Shown here piece after piece: positions 26,420-35,309 of a DNA stretch of 39,786 nt. Where the stretch lies: contig DASQWY010000639.1 of assembly GCA_035640005.1 (NCBI GenBank), positions 1-39,786 of the forward strand. The letters are read 5' to 3'. A program made the translations under genes and the position numbers. The notes beneath the pieces were generated by a model. That model saw only the letters and a list, made by a program, of their open reading frames with translations, did no database searches and was not told the DNA's origin. This DNA is from Actinomycetes bacterium (GTDB taxonomy: Bacteria > Actinomycetota > CALGFH01). Within the stretch, counting starts at the first letter, position 1; each line of letters begins with the position of its first letter.

Positions 26420-28456
26420 ATGACCGCGCCGCACGTGCGGGCGCTGCTGGACCGGTCCCACCGGCTCGGCGCCGACCCGCGCAACACCAACTGGGCCGGC
26501 GGCAACGCCTCCTGCAAGGGGCGCGCCGACGACCCGGTCACCGGCGGGCCGGTGGAGCTGCTGTGGGTCAAGGGCTCCGGCGGGGACCTCGGCACCCTCA
26601 CCGAGGCCGGGCTGGCGGTGCTGCGGCTGGACCGGCTGCGCGCCCTGGCCGGCGTCTACCCCGGGGTCGAGCGGGAGGACGAGATGCAGGCGGCGTTCGA
26701 CTTCTGCCTGCACGGCAAGGGCGGCGCGGCCCCCTCGATCGACACCGCCATGCACGGCCTGGTGGAGGCGCCGCACGTCGACCACCTGCACCCCGACGCC
26801 GCCATCGCGCTGGCGACCGCGGCCGACGGGGAGGCGCTGACCAAGCAGTGCTTCGGCGACCGGGTCGCCTGGGTGCCGTGGCGGCGGCCCGGCTTCCAGC
26901 TCGGCCTGGACGTCGCCGCCATCCAGCGGGCCGACCCCAGGGCGGTCGGGGTGGTGCTGGGCGGCCACGGGATCACCGCCTGGGGCGCCACCTCCGGGGA
27001 GTGCGAGGCCCGCTCGCTGGAGATCATCCGCGGCGCCGAGCGGTTCATCCTGCAGCGCGGCCGGCCCGAGCCGTTCGGGCCGGTGCTGGACGGCTACCAG
27101 CCCCTGCCGGAGGGCGAGCGGCACGCCCGCGCCGCTGCCCTGTTCCCGCTGCTGCGCGGCCTGTGCTCGACCGACCGCCGTCAGGTCGGCCACTACACCG
27201 ACGCGGGCGTGGTGCTCGACTTCCTCGCCAGGGAGAAGCACCAGGCCCTGGCCGCGCTCGGCAGCTCCTGCCCCGACCACTTCCTGCGCACCAAGGTGCG
27301 CCCGCTGGTGCTGGACCTGCCCCCGGCCGCGCCGCCGGAGCGGGTCGCCGCGCGTCTGCGCGAGCTGCACGCCGCCTACCGGGAGGACTACCAGGCCTAC
27401 TACCGGCGGCACGCGCAGCCCGGGTCGCCGCCGCTGCGCGGCGCCGACCCGGCGATCGTGCTGGTGCCCGGGGTGGGGATGTTCTCCTTCGGCGCGGACA
27501 AGCAGACCGCCAGGGTCGCCGGGGAGTTCTTCGTCAACGCCGTCAACGCCATGCGCGGCGCCGAGGCGCTGTCGAGCTACGCCCCCATCCCCGAAGCCGA
27601 GAAGTTCCGCATCGAGTACTGGGAGCTGGAAGAGGCCAAGCTGCGGCGCCGGCCCGCGCCCAGGCCGCTGGCGACCCGGGTCGCCCTGGTGACCGGTGCC
27701 GGCTCCGGCATCGGCAAGGCGGTCGCCGAGCGGCTGGCCGCCGAGGGCGCCTGCGTGGCAGTCGCCGACCTGGACGCCGACGCGGCGGCCGCGACCGCCG
27801 GCGGGCTGGGCGGCGCCGACGTGGCCATGGCGGCCAAGGTCGACGTCGCCGACGAGCGGCAGGTCGCCGCCGCGGTCCGCGCGACCGTGCTGGCCTTCGG
27901 CGGGGTCGACCTGGTGGTGAACAACGCCGGCCTGTCGATCTCCAAGCCGCTGCTGGACACCACCCTCCACGACTGGGACCTGCAGCACGAGGTGATGGCC
28001 AAGGGCTCGTTCCTGGTCTCCCGGGAGGCGGTCCGGGTGATGCTCGACCAGGGCCTCGGCGGCGACCTGGTCTACGTGGTCAGCAAGAACGCGGTGGTGG
28101 CGGGGCCGAGCAACCTCGCCTACGGGGCGGCAAAGGCCGACCAGGCCCACCAGGTGCGGCTGCTGGCGGCCGAGCTCGGCGAGCACGGCATCCGCGTCAA
28201 CGGCGTCAACCCCGACGCGGTGGTGCGCGGCTCGGGGATCTTCGCCAAGGGCTGGGGCGCGCAGCGGGCGGCCGTCCACGGCGTGCCAGAGGAGCGGCTC
28301 GGCGAGTTCTACGCGCAGCGCACCCTGCTCAAGCGCGAGGTGCTGCCCGCCCACGTGGCCGCCGCGGTGTTCGCCCTGGTGGGCGGGGACCTGTCGCTCA
28401 CCACCGGCCTGCACGTGCCGGTGGACGCCGGCGTCGCCGCCGCCTTCCCGCGATGA
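26420..28456 (+). CDS. Bifunctional rhamnulose-1-phosphate aldolase / short-chain dehydrogenase (RhaEW-type fusion)
   Basis: 678 aa. The N-terminal class II aldolase/adducin-like half reads GGNASCKG...HGLVEAPHVDHLHPDA. The C-terminal SDR half has VTGAGSGIGKA, NNAG and YGAAK. Confidence 0.85.
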   Translation: MTAPHVRALLDRSHRLGADPRNTNWAGGNASCKGRADDPVTGGPVELLWVKGSGGDLGTLTEAGLAVLRLDRLRALAGVYPGVEREDEMQAAFDFCLHGKGGAAPSIDTAMHGLVEAPHVDHLHPDAAIALATAADGEALTKQCFGDRVAWVPWRRPGFQLGLDVAAIQRADPRAVGVVLGGHGITAWGATSGECEARSLEIIRGAERFILQRGRPEPFGPVLDGYQPLPEGERHARAAALFPLLRGLCSTDRRQVGHYTDAGVVLDFLAREKHQALAALGSSCPDHFLRTKVRPLVLDLPPAAPPERVAARLRELHAAYREDYQAYYRRHAQPGSPPLRGADPAIVLVPGVGMFSFGADKQTARVAGEFFVNAVNAMRGAEALSSYAPIPEAEKFRIEYWELEEAKLRRRPAPRPLATRVALVTGAGSGIGKAVAERLAAEGACVAVADLDADAAAATAGGLGGADVAMAAKVDVADERQVAAAVRATVLAFGGVDLVVNNAGLSISKPLLDTTLHDWDLQHEVMAKGSFLVSREAVRVMLDQGLGGDLVYVVSKNAVVAGPSNLAYGAAKADQAHQVRLLAAELGEHGIRVNGVNPDAVVRGSGIFAKGWGAQRAAVHGVPEERLGEFYAQRTLLKREVLPAHVAAAVFALVGGDLSLTTGLHVPVDAGVAAAFPR

Positions 28457-29886
28457 GCGGGCCGGGGGCCTACGCCGCCGTCGACCTCGGCGCCTCCAGC
28501 GGGCGGGTGATGGTCGCCCGGGTCGGCCGGTCGCGGCTGGAGCTCGAGGAGGTACACCGCTTCGGCAACCAGCCGGTGCGGCTGCCGGACGGGCTGCACT
28601 GGGACGTGCTGCGGCTGTACCGGGAGGTCCTCCACGGCCTGCGGGCGGCGGCCGGCCGCGCCGAGGGGATCAGCAGCGTCGGCGTGGACGGCTGGGGCGT
28701 CGACTACGGGCTGCTGGACGCCTCCGGCGCGCTGCTCGGCAACCCCTACCACTACCGCGACGCCCGCACCGACGGGGTCGCCGGCAAGGTCCACGCGGCC
28801 ATCCCGTTCGAGAAGCTGTACGAGCTCACCGGCCTGCAGTTCCTGCCGTTCAACACCGTCTACCAGCTGGCCGCCGCCGCCGGCACGCCGCAGCTGGAGG
28901 CGGCGCGGACGCTGCTGCTGCTGCCCGACCTGTTCGGCTACTGGCTGAGCGGCCAGCTCGGCGCGGAGCGGACCAACGCCTCCACCACCGGGCTGCTGGA
29001 CGTCCGCGCCGGCGCCTGGTCGCCGCGGGTGCTGCGCGCGGCCGGGATCCGGGAGGGGCTGCTGCCGCCGCTGCGCCCGCCGGGCGAGGTGGTCGGCCCG
29101 CTCCGCGCCGAGGTCGCCGCCGAGACCGGCCTGCCGCCGTCGGTGGTGCTCACCGCGGTCGGCACCCACGACACCGCCTCGGCGGTGGTGGGCGTCCCCG
29201 CCGACGGCGACCGCTTCGCCTACGTCAGCTGCGGCACCTGGTCGCTGGTCGGGGTGGAGCTGGACCGCCCGGTGCTGACCGCCGCCAGCCGGGAGGCGAA
29301 CTTCACCAACGAGGGCGGCGTCGACGGCCGCGTCCGCTACCTGCGCAACGTCGGCGGCCTGTGGCTGCTGCAGGAGTCGCTGCGGGTCTGGGAGCGGGCA
29401 GGGCTGCCGTCGGACCTGCCGGCGCTGCTGGGCGCCGCCGGCGAGCAGCCGGCCGGCGGGCCGCTGGTCGACCCCGACGACGAGGCGTTCCTGCGGCCGG
29501 CCGACATGCCCGCGGCGATCCGGGAGGCCTGCCGGCGGGGCGGCCAGCCGCAGCCGGCCGGCCAGGCCGGGCTGGTGCGCTGCGTCCTCGACAGCCTCGC
29601 CGCCGCCTACGCGCGGGCGGTCGGCGACGCGGTGCGCCTGTCGGGCCGGCCGGTCGAGGTCGTGCACCTGGTCGGCGGCGGCGCCCGCAACGGGCTGCTG
29701 TGCCAGCTCACCGCGGACGCCTGCGGGCTGCCGGTGCTGGCCGGGCCGGTGGAGTCGACCGCGCTCGGCAACGTGCTGGTGCAGGCGCGCGCCCACGGCT
29801 CCATCGGCGGCGACCTGCAGGCGCTGCGGGCGCTGCTGCGGGCCACCCAGCAGATCCGCCGCTTCGAGCCCGCCGCCGCGGCCTGA
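28453..29886 (+). CDS. rhaB: Rhamnulokinase (FGGY family)
   Basis: This is the last 477 codons of track ORF 25306..29886. ATG 28453 overlaps the upstream stop (ATGA). Family blocks are AAVDLGASSGRV, GVDGWGVDYGLLD and HLVGGGARN. Confidence 0.85.
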   Translation: MSGPGAYAAVDLGASSGRVMVARVGRSRLELEEVHRFGNQPVRLPDGLHWDVLRLYREVLHGLRAAAGRAEGISSVGVDGWGVDYGLLDASGALLGNPYHYRDARTDGVAGKVHAAIPFEKLYELTGLQFLPFNTVYQLAAAAGTPQLEAARTLLLLPDLFGYWLSGQLGAERTNASTTGLLDVRAGAWSPRVLRAAGIREGLLPPLRPPGEVVGPLRAEVAAETGLPPSVVLTAVGTHDTASAVVGVPADGDRFAYVSCGTWSLVGVELDRPVLTAASREANFTNEGGVDGRVRYLRNVGGLWLLQESLRVWERAGLPSDLPALLGAAGEQPAGGPLVDPDDEAFLRPADMPAAIREACRRGGQPQPAGQAGLVRCVLDSLAAAYARAVGDAVRLSGRPVEVVHLVGGGARNGLLCQLTADACGLPVLAGPVESTALGNVLVQARAHGSIGGDLQALRALLRATQQIRRFEPAAAA

Positions 29887-29910
29887 CCCGGCCCGGTTCG
29901 CTCTGCCGCG

Positions 29911-30453
29911 TCAACTGTGGGACGGTCCGGCCGGACCGAGGAGGCGATCGGTGAGCGCGACGACCGCGGCGTGCTCGCCCGCCCACGCCCGCCACACGCT
30001 GGCCGCCCACTCCCGCACCGCCTGGGCGTGCCCGGCGCCGGAGCCGGCCATGGCGCCGGCGGCGGCGACGTCGAACACCGTCAGCGCGCCCCTGCGCTCC
30101 GGCGCGGGCAGGCGCGGCCAGGACGCGTCGGGCCGGCCCATCCGCTGGTGCACGGCGCGGACCTGCACCCCGGGCACGCCGCGGTCGAGCGCCAGGTGCA
30201 GCCCGACCAGGGCGTAGGCGACCGCGATGGGCGGGGCGTCCCCGGCCGCCCCGCGCGGCGCGTGCTGCGCGGCATAGGCGTCCACGGCCAGCTGGTGGAG
30301 GTCGCGCACCAGCCGCGGGTGCTCCAGCTCGAAGCCCTGCACCTCGCCGTACAGCTGCCAGCACTCCGGCGAGGCGTTCCTGCGCGGGTCGGGCGGCAGG
30401 CCGGAGGCCGGCAGCTCCAGTCCGCAGCCCGGGCAGGTGGTCGAGCCGCTCAT
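29911..30453 (-). CDS. Hypothetical protein with an N-terminal CxxC...C motif (resembles DUF5946)
   Basis: ATG 30453 is in frame with track ORF 29911..31044. 180 aa starting MSGSTTCPGCGLELP...SPECWQLYGEV. It lies 5 nt downstream of the crotonase gene. Confidence 0.55.
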   Translation of the reverse strand: MSGSTTCPGCGLELPASGLPPDPRRNASPECWQLYGEVQGFELEHPRLVRDLHQLAVDAYAAQHAPRGAAGDAPPIAVAYALVGLHLALDRGVPGVQVRAVHQRMGRPDASWPRLPAPERRGALTVFDVAAAGAMAGSGAGHAQAVREWAASVWRAWAGEHAAVVALTDRLLGPAGPSHS

Positions 30454-30458
30454 GGGCC

Positions 30459-31247
30459 TCAGCCGGCCGGGTAGCGCGGCGGGCGCTTCCCGGCGAACGC
30501 TCGCAGGCCCTCCTGGCCGTCGTGGTGCGCGGCGCAGGCGCTGATCGCCGCCCGCTCGCGTTCCAGCTGCGCCTCCAGCGGCGTCTCGAACGATTCGCCC
30601 AGCAGCCGCTTGCAGTGCGCGAACGCGTGCACCGACCCGCCGGCCAGCGCCGCCGCCATCGCGGTCGCCTCGGGCAGGGTCCGGTCGTCGTCGGCGACCG
30701 CCGTGACCAGCCCCCACGCCAGCGCCTGCCCGGAGGGGATCGGCCGGTCGAAGGCCGCGATCTCCAGCGCCCGGGCCAGGCCCACCAGGCGCGGCAGCGA
30801 GAAGGTGCCGCCACCGTCGATGCTGAGGCCGCTGGCGGTGTACGCCTGCCGCAGGACGGCCGACCGGGCCATCACCCGGAAGTCGCAGGCCAGCGCGAGC
30901 GACAGGCCGCCGCCGGCGGCCACCCCGTTGACCGCGGCGACCACCGGCTTCGGCATCCGGCGGATCTCCAGGATCGCCTGGTGGAAGCGGCCGGCCAGCT
31001 GGTGGAAGGCGGCCGGCGCGCCCCCGGGGTGCGCCAGCGCCCACTTGAGGTCGCCGCCGGCGCAGAAGGCCGCGCCGGCGGCGCCGATCACCACCGCGCG
31101 CACCGCCTCGTCGGCCGCCAGGTCCGCCAGCTGGCCGGCGAGGCGGTCGGCCATGTCGAGGTCGAAGGCGTTGAGGGACGACGGCCGGTCCAGCAGCACC
31201 GCGGCGACCGGACCGTCGCGCCGCGCCAGGACGCCCGGCGCGCTCAC
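30459..31247 (-). CDS. Enoyl-CoA hydratase/isomerase (crotonase) family protein
   Basis: 262 aa with a GTG start. FCAGGDLK and VAAVNGVAAGGGLSLALACDFRV are the crotonase oxyanion-hole blocks. Confidence 0.85.
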   Translation of the reverse strand: MSAPGVLARRDGPVAAVLLDRPSSLNAFDLDMADRLAGQLADLAADEAVRAVVIGAAGAAFCAGGDLKWALAHPGGAPAAFHQLAGRFHQAILEIRRMPKPVVAAVNGVAAGGGLSLALACDFRVMARSAVLRQAYTASGLSIDGGGTFSLPRLVGLARALEIAAFDRPIPSGQALAWGLVTAVADDDRTLPEATAMAAALAGGSVHAFAHCKRLLGESFETPLEAQLERERAAISACAAHHDGQEGLRAFAGKRPPRYPAG

Positions 31248-31960
31248 CCCGTCTGGATCTTGACGTAGTCGATGTCGCCGGCGAAGTAGTCGCAGGTGAC
31301 GTTGACCTGGTCGCAGTTGAGCTTGCCGGCGATGGTCATGGGCCTGGTGTTGGAGATCGTGCCGGTGGGGTTGGAGTTGCGGCTGGTGACCTTACCGTCC
31401 ACGGTCATGACCACGCTGGAGGAGGTGCGCTCGCAACGGACCGTGTGCCACAGCCCGTCGTTGACCCGGACGGTGCCCGAGGTGCCCGTGCTGCTCCCCG
31501 CCGAGCCGCGGAACAGGCAGGTGATCTTGCCGTTGGGCTGCTGGAACTTCCAGTAGCCGCCGGCCGCGCCGGCCTGCCCCTTCTGGATCACGTTGCCGAA
31601 CGAGTGGGTGGTGCGCATGCGCAGCTCCACGGCGAAGGTCCCGCTGCCAGGGTTCAGCCGCGCGTTGTTCTTCACCACCACCACGTGGTCGGGATCGGCG
31701 GGCGGCGTGTTCGGCTGCACGAACAGGAACCGGTAGCCGGTGCCCCCGCCCGACAGCGCCACCCCGATCTGCACGTGGGCGCCGATGGTGCCGTTGATGC
31801 CGTTCCCCGAGCTGTCCAGCATGGTGGTGGCGCCGGCCGGCTCGTTCATCTGCCAGGTCGCCACCGGCTGGTCGATGGCGGCGTGGGCGGGCACCGCCAG
31901 CACCACGAGCCCGGCCAGCACCGCCGCGACCGCCGCGACCGTTGCCAACCTCCGATGCAT
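31244..31960 (-). CDS. Secreted LamG (concanavalin A-like lectin/glucanase) domain protein
   Basis: ATG 31960 has GGAAGGAG upstream. The signal peptide ends AHA-A. LDSSGNGINGT and DGLWHTV...DG are LamG-like. Its stop overlaps the crotonase GTG (GTGA, 31244-31247). Confidence 0.7.
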   Translation of the reverse strand: MHRRLATVAAVAAVLAGLVVLAVPAHAAIDQPVATWQMNEPAGATTMLDSSGNGINGTIGAHVQIGVALSGGGTGYRFLFVQPNTPPADPDHVVVVKNNARLNPGSGTFAVELRMRTTHSFGNVIQKGQAGAAGGYWKFQQPNGKITCLFRGSAGSSTGTSGTVRVNDGLWHTVRCERTSSSVVMTVDGKVTSRNSNPTGTISNTRPMTIAGKLNCDQVNVTCDYFAGDIDYVKIQTG

Positions 31961-32101
31961 GTTCGCGCTCCTTCCGCCCCACGCCTGCGCGGGCGACGCC
32001 GACTCGTCCGTGGCGGACACTCTCACAACCGGGAAGACGGGCAACGGTGCAGTCGCGGGATCGCGCTACGCAGCATCGCGTACTCACCCAAGGAGCGTGA
32101 C

Positions 32102-32545
32102 ATGGACGAACAGGTGCGGGCCTACCTGGAGCCGAACCATTCGGCGGCGATGGTGACGCTGCGGCCGGACGGCCGGCCGCACGTGGCCCGGGTAGGGGTG
32201 GCGCTGGTCGACGGCAGGCTCTTGAGCTCCGGCATCCCCGGCCGGGTCCGCACCGGCCACCTGCGCCGCGATCCGCGCGCGACGCTGTTCGTCTTCGACC
32301 CCGCCAACCCGCTGTCCTGGCTGGGGCTGGAGGCGGACGTGACCATCCTGGAGGGTCCCGACGCGCCCGAGCTGAGCCTGCGCCTGTTCCAGGAGATGCA
32401 GCGGGGGATGTCGCCGGCCCCCACCCCGGGGAACCTGTGGTGGAACGGGGAGGAGAAGAACCCCGAGGAGTTCCTCCGCGTCATGGCCGAGGAGCGGCGG
32501 CTGGTGTACGAGTTCGAGATCCTCAGGAGCTACGGCCGCTTCTGA
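32102..32545 (+). CDS. PPOX-class (pyridoxamine 5'-phosphate oxidase-like) probable F420-dependent oxidoreductase
   Basis: ATG 32102 has AAGGAG 7 nt upstream. 147 aa with the pattern AAMVTLRPDGRPHVARVGVALVDG...RTGHLRRDPRATL. Confidence 0.7.
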   Translation: MDEQVRAYLEPNHSAAMVTLRPDGRPHVARVGVALVDGRLLSSGIPGRVRTGHLRRDPRATLFVFDPANPLSWLGLEADVTILEGPDAPELSLRLFQEMQRGMSPAPTPGNLWWNGEEKNPEEFLRVMAEERRLVYEFEILRSYGRF

Positions 32546-34493
32546 TCGCGGCGGCGGTGCGGCGGGCCAGCGCCTGGCAGGTGACCATCGGGTTCACGCC
32601 GGCCGCGGTCGGGAAGGCGCTGCTGTCGCCGATCCAGACCCCAGGGGTGTCGTGCAGCTCGCCCCGCGGGTCGGCGACGCTGCTGGCGGGGTTAGTGCCC
32701 ATCCGCGCGCTGCCCATCTGGTGCGCGCTGAAGACTGGCTGGCCGGACGCGCCGGGCGGCACCGCGGCGAGCCGCTCGATCCACGCCTCCGGGTCGTCGC
32801 CGCGGTGCCAGGGTGGGACGCCGGCGGCCAGGCCGATGATCTCGGACGCCTCGGCCGCCTCGTGGATGCGCGCGACCTCGGCCAGGCCGCGGCGGAAGTG
32901 GCGCCGGTCCAGCGGGTCGTCCAGCGGGTACCAGACGAGCGCCTGGCCGCGCCCGTCGATCGTGACCCGGCCGTGGCCGCGGTCGCGCAGCAGCAGGATC
33001 AGGCTGGCGACCTTGCCGCCGCGCCGCCACAGCGCCTTGTGGTCGGCGCCCGAGCGCCAGGGCGTGGCGGCGGCGGCCAGCCCGGTGGTGAAGTGGGTGC
33101 CCTCCACCAGGAAGCCGAAGCCGTCCTGGAGGTCGGCGAACTCCTCGACCATCGCCGCCTGCGCAGGGCCCCACCAGGGGTGCTGGTCCTGCTCGTAGAC
33201 GCCGCTGACCGCGCCGGCCGGGTGCAGGCGCAGGTAGCGGCCGGTCGCCGGCCCGCCGATGCCGGAGCGCAGCAGCAGCGCCGGGGTCTCGATCGCGCCG
33301 CAGGCCGCCACCACCACCGGGGCGCGGACGGTGACGGTGGCGACCCGGCCGGCGCCGTCGGTATGGCGGGCCACGACCCCGGCGGCGCGGCCCCGCTCGA
33401 CCAGGATCCGCTCGGCGGCGCAGCGGACCAGGATGCGCGCGCCGCCGTCGAAGGCGTCCTGCAGGAAGGTCTTCATGGTTCCCTGCTTGGCGCCGCTGGC
33501 GTCGCCGAAGCCGGTATGGCCGGCGCAGGCGGGGTCGTAGCGGTCCGGGTCGATGTTCAGCAGCGCGCGGCGCAGGGCGTAGCCGAGCTTGGCGGCGCCC
33601 GCGGCCATCCGCTGGTGCGGGCCGTTGTAGTCGCTGCAGATCTCGTTGGCCTTGATGCGGGCGAGCACCGCGTCCAGGTGGCGGTCGAAGGAGGCGGTGG
33701 CCACGTCGGTGAGGCCGTGCTCCTCGGCCCAGGCCCGGCGCACCTGCTCGCGGGGACGCACGCTGTTGGACCAGTTGACGGTGGTGCCGCCGCCGAGGGC
33801 GCGCCCGGCCAGCAGCGTCACGTTGCGGTCGGCGCTGGGGAAGGGGCCGCCGCGCAGGTACAGGTTCTGGTAGGCCCACAGCTCCGACTGGACGAAGTCG
33901 GCCCCGTCGAAGTAGCCGCCCGCCTCCAGCACCACCACGTCCAGGCCGCCGGCGACCAGCTCGGCAGCGGCCACGCCGCCGCCGGCGCCGGAGCCGACCA
34001 CCACCGCGTCCGCACGCAGCTCGGTGTCGCCGGTGGCGGTGAGGGTGGCGATCGTCTTGGGCGCGGGCGGCGGGAAGCTGAGCGGCCCGGCGTAGCCGAT
34101 GTCCTTCCAGAACGGGTTCGGCCCCTCCGGCCCCGGCATCGCGTAGGCCAGCAGCAGCGCGCCCTGGCGCAGGCCGTCGACGCCGGCAGCGGCCTCCGGC
34201 GAGCTGGCGGCCACGCCGGCCACGATCGCCTCGCGTGCGGCCTGCGGCGCGATCACCAGGCCGAGCCGGTCCATCGCGTCCAGCAGCTCCCCGACCGCGT
34301 CGACCTGCTCGGCGGGCAGGCGCGCCTGCAGCAGCAGCTCCAGCGCGAACGGCACGTTCAGGTCCGAGGCGCGGCGCGCCCACGAGCCGTTGGGGTCCGG
34401 GACGGCGTCGACCGCCGGGACGAAGGTGTCGCAGAGCGCCGCCAGCACGGCGCACTGCCGGTCGGTGAGCCCGCCGGTCACCGGCGGCGCCAC
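32523..34493 (-). CDS. GMC family FAD oxidoreductase with an N-terminal extension (long-chain alcohol-oxidase-like)
   Basis: 656 aa with a GTG start. ADAVVVGSGAGGGVAAAELV is the Rossmann motif, followed by GRALGGGTTVNW. The C-terminal GMC block is MGTNPASSVADPRGELHD. Confidence 0.85.
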   Translation of the reverse strand: MAPPVTGGLTDRQCAVLAALCDTFVPAVDAVPDPNGSWARRASDLNVPFALELLLQARLPAEQVDAVGELLDAMDRLGLVIAPQAAREAIVAGVAASSPEAAAGVDGLRQGALLLAYAMPGPEGPNPFWKDIGYAGPLSFPPPAPKTIATLTATGDTELRADAVVVGSGAGGGVAAAELVAGGLDVVVLEAGGYFDGADFVQSELWAYQNLYLRGGPFPSADRNVTLLAGRALGGGTTVNWSNSVRPREQVRRAWAEEHGLTDVATASFDRHLDAVLARIKANEICSDYNGPHQRMAAGAAKLGYALRRALLNIDPDRYDPACAGHTGFGDASGAKQGTMKTFLQDAFDGGARILVRCAAERILVERGRAAGVVARHTDGAGRVATVTVRAPVVVAACGAIETPALLLRSGIGGPATGRYLRLHPAGAVSGVYEQDQHPWWGPAQAAMVEEFADLQDGFGFLVEGTHFTTGLAAAATPWRSGADHKALWRRGGKVASLILLLRDRGHGRVTIDGRGQALVWYPLDDPLDRRHFRRGLAEVARIHEAAEASEIIGLAAGVPPWHRGDDPEAWIERLAAVPPGASGQPVFSAHQMGSARMGTNPASSVADPRGELHDTPGVWIGDSSAFPTAAGVNPMVTCQALARRTAAAIRSGRSS

Positions 34494-34531
34494 CGCGGCC
34501 GCCGGGCCGGCGCGGGCCGGATGTGTAGGCT

Positions 34532-35224
34532 ATGCGGATGGAGCCGCCCGTCGTCGAGGTGTGGCCGGGGCCGCGGGAGCCGCTGCCCCGTGGCCCACAC
34601 GGCCTCCCCCGCGACGTCGTGGTGAAGTCGCAGCGTTCGCGCATGCTCGGCGCGCTGGTCGAGGTCGTGGCCGAGAAGGGCTACGCGGCCACCACCGTCG
34701 CCGACATCATCGGCCGGGCCGGGGTCTCCCGCACGACCTTCTACCAGCAGTTCAAGGACAAGGAGGACTGCTTCCTGGTCGCCCACCAGCGGGGCGGGGA
34801 GGCGCAGCTCCGCAAGGTGATCGAGGCGGTCGAGTCGGTCTCCGACCCGTTCGAGCAGCTCCGCCGCAACCTCCGCGCCTACCTGGGCGAGCTGGTCGCC
34901 TACCCGGCGGCCGCGCGCGCGTTCCTGCTGGAGGTCGCGCCCGCGGGGCCCCGGGCCATCGCCATCCGGGACCGGCTGCACCTGCGCTACGTCGGGCTGC
35001 TGCAGCAGCTCTACGGCAACTTCCGCCAGCGGGACGAGCGCCTGCCGGAGCTGCCGGTGGAGGTGTTCCGCGCGGCCGTCGCCGCCGTCGACGACCTGGT
35101 CGTCCGCCGGATCCGCGAGGGCCGGCTGCAGGAGCTGGCCAAGCTCGAACCGATCGCCGTGTACGTGGAGCTGGCCCTGTTCGGGGTGCCCGGCGCCGCC
35201 AGGGAGCTTGCCGCACCGGAATGA
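34532..35224 (+). CDS. TetR/AcrR family transcriptional regulator
   Basis: The HTH is GYAATTVADIIGRAGVSRTTFYQQFKDKEDCF. A TAGGCT (TAnnnT) hexamer at 34526-34531 abuts ATG 34532. The true start may therefore be the leaderless ATG at 34538. Confidence 0.85.
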   Translation: MRMEPPVVEVWPGPREPLPRGPHGLPRDVVVKSQRSRMLGALVEVVAEKGYAATTVADIIGRAGVSRTTFYQQFKDKEDCFLVAHQRGGEAQLRKVIEAVESVSDPFEQLRRNLRAYLGELVAYPAAARAFLLEVAPAGPRAIAIRDRLHLRYVGLLQQLYGNFRQRDERLPELPVEVFRAAVAAVDDLVVRRIREGRLQELAKLEPIAVYVELALFGVPGAARELAAPE

Positions 35225-35295
35225 GGCCCCCCAAGTCATAAACATTCGCGTACTCTAGCCAGTCGCCAATGCCTTGTAAACACTGGCGGTACGCC

Positions 35296-35309
35296 ACCCC
35301 GAGTGGGGT
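35296..35309. terminator. Short hairpin ACCCC-GAGT-GGGGT at the convergent junction
   Basis: It sits in the only clearly AT-richer stretch (35225-35295) between the TetR stop and the hydrolase stop. The stem is only 5 bp, so support is weak. Confidence 0.25.

Noticed and set aside
25306-28452. The first ~1049 codons of the 1526-aa ORF 25306..29886, and the antisense 884-aa ORF 25760..28414
   Set aside because: Only the last 477 codons (rhamnulokinase, from ATG 28453) are real. The upstream part is an out-of-frame read-through over rhaI and the aldolase/SDR fusion, with Arg/Gly/Pro composition.
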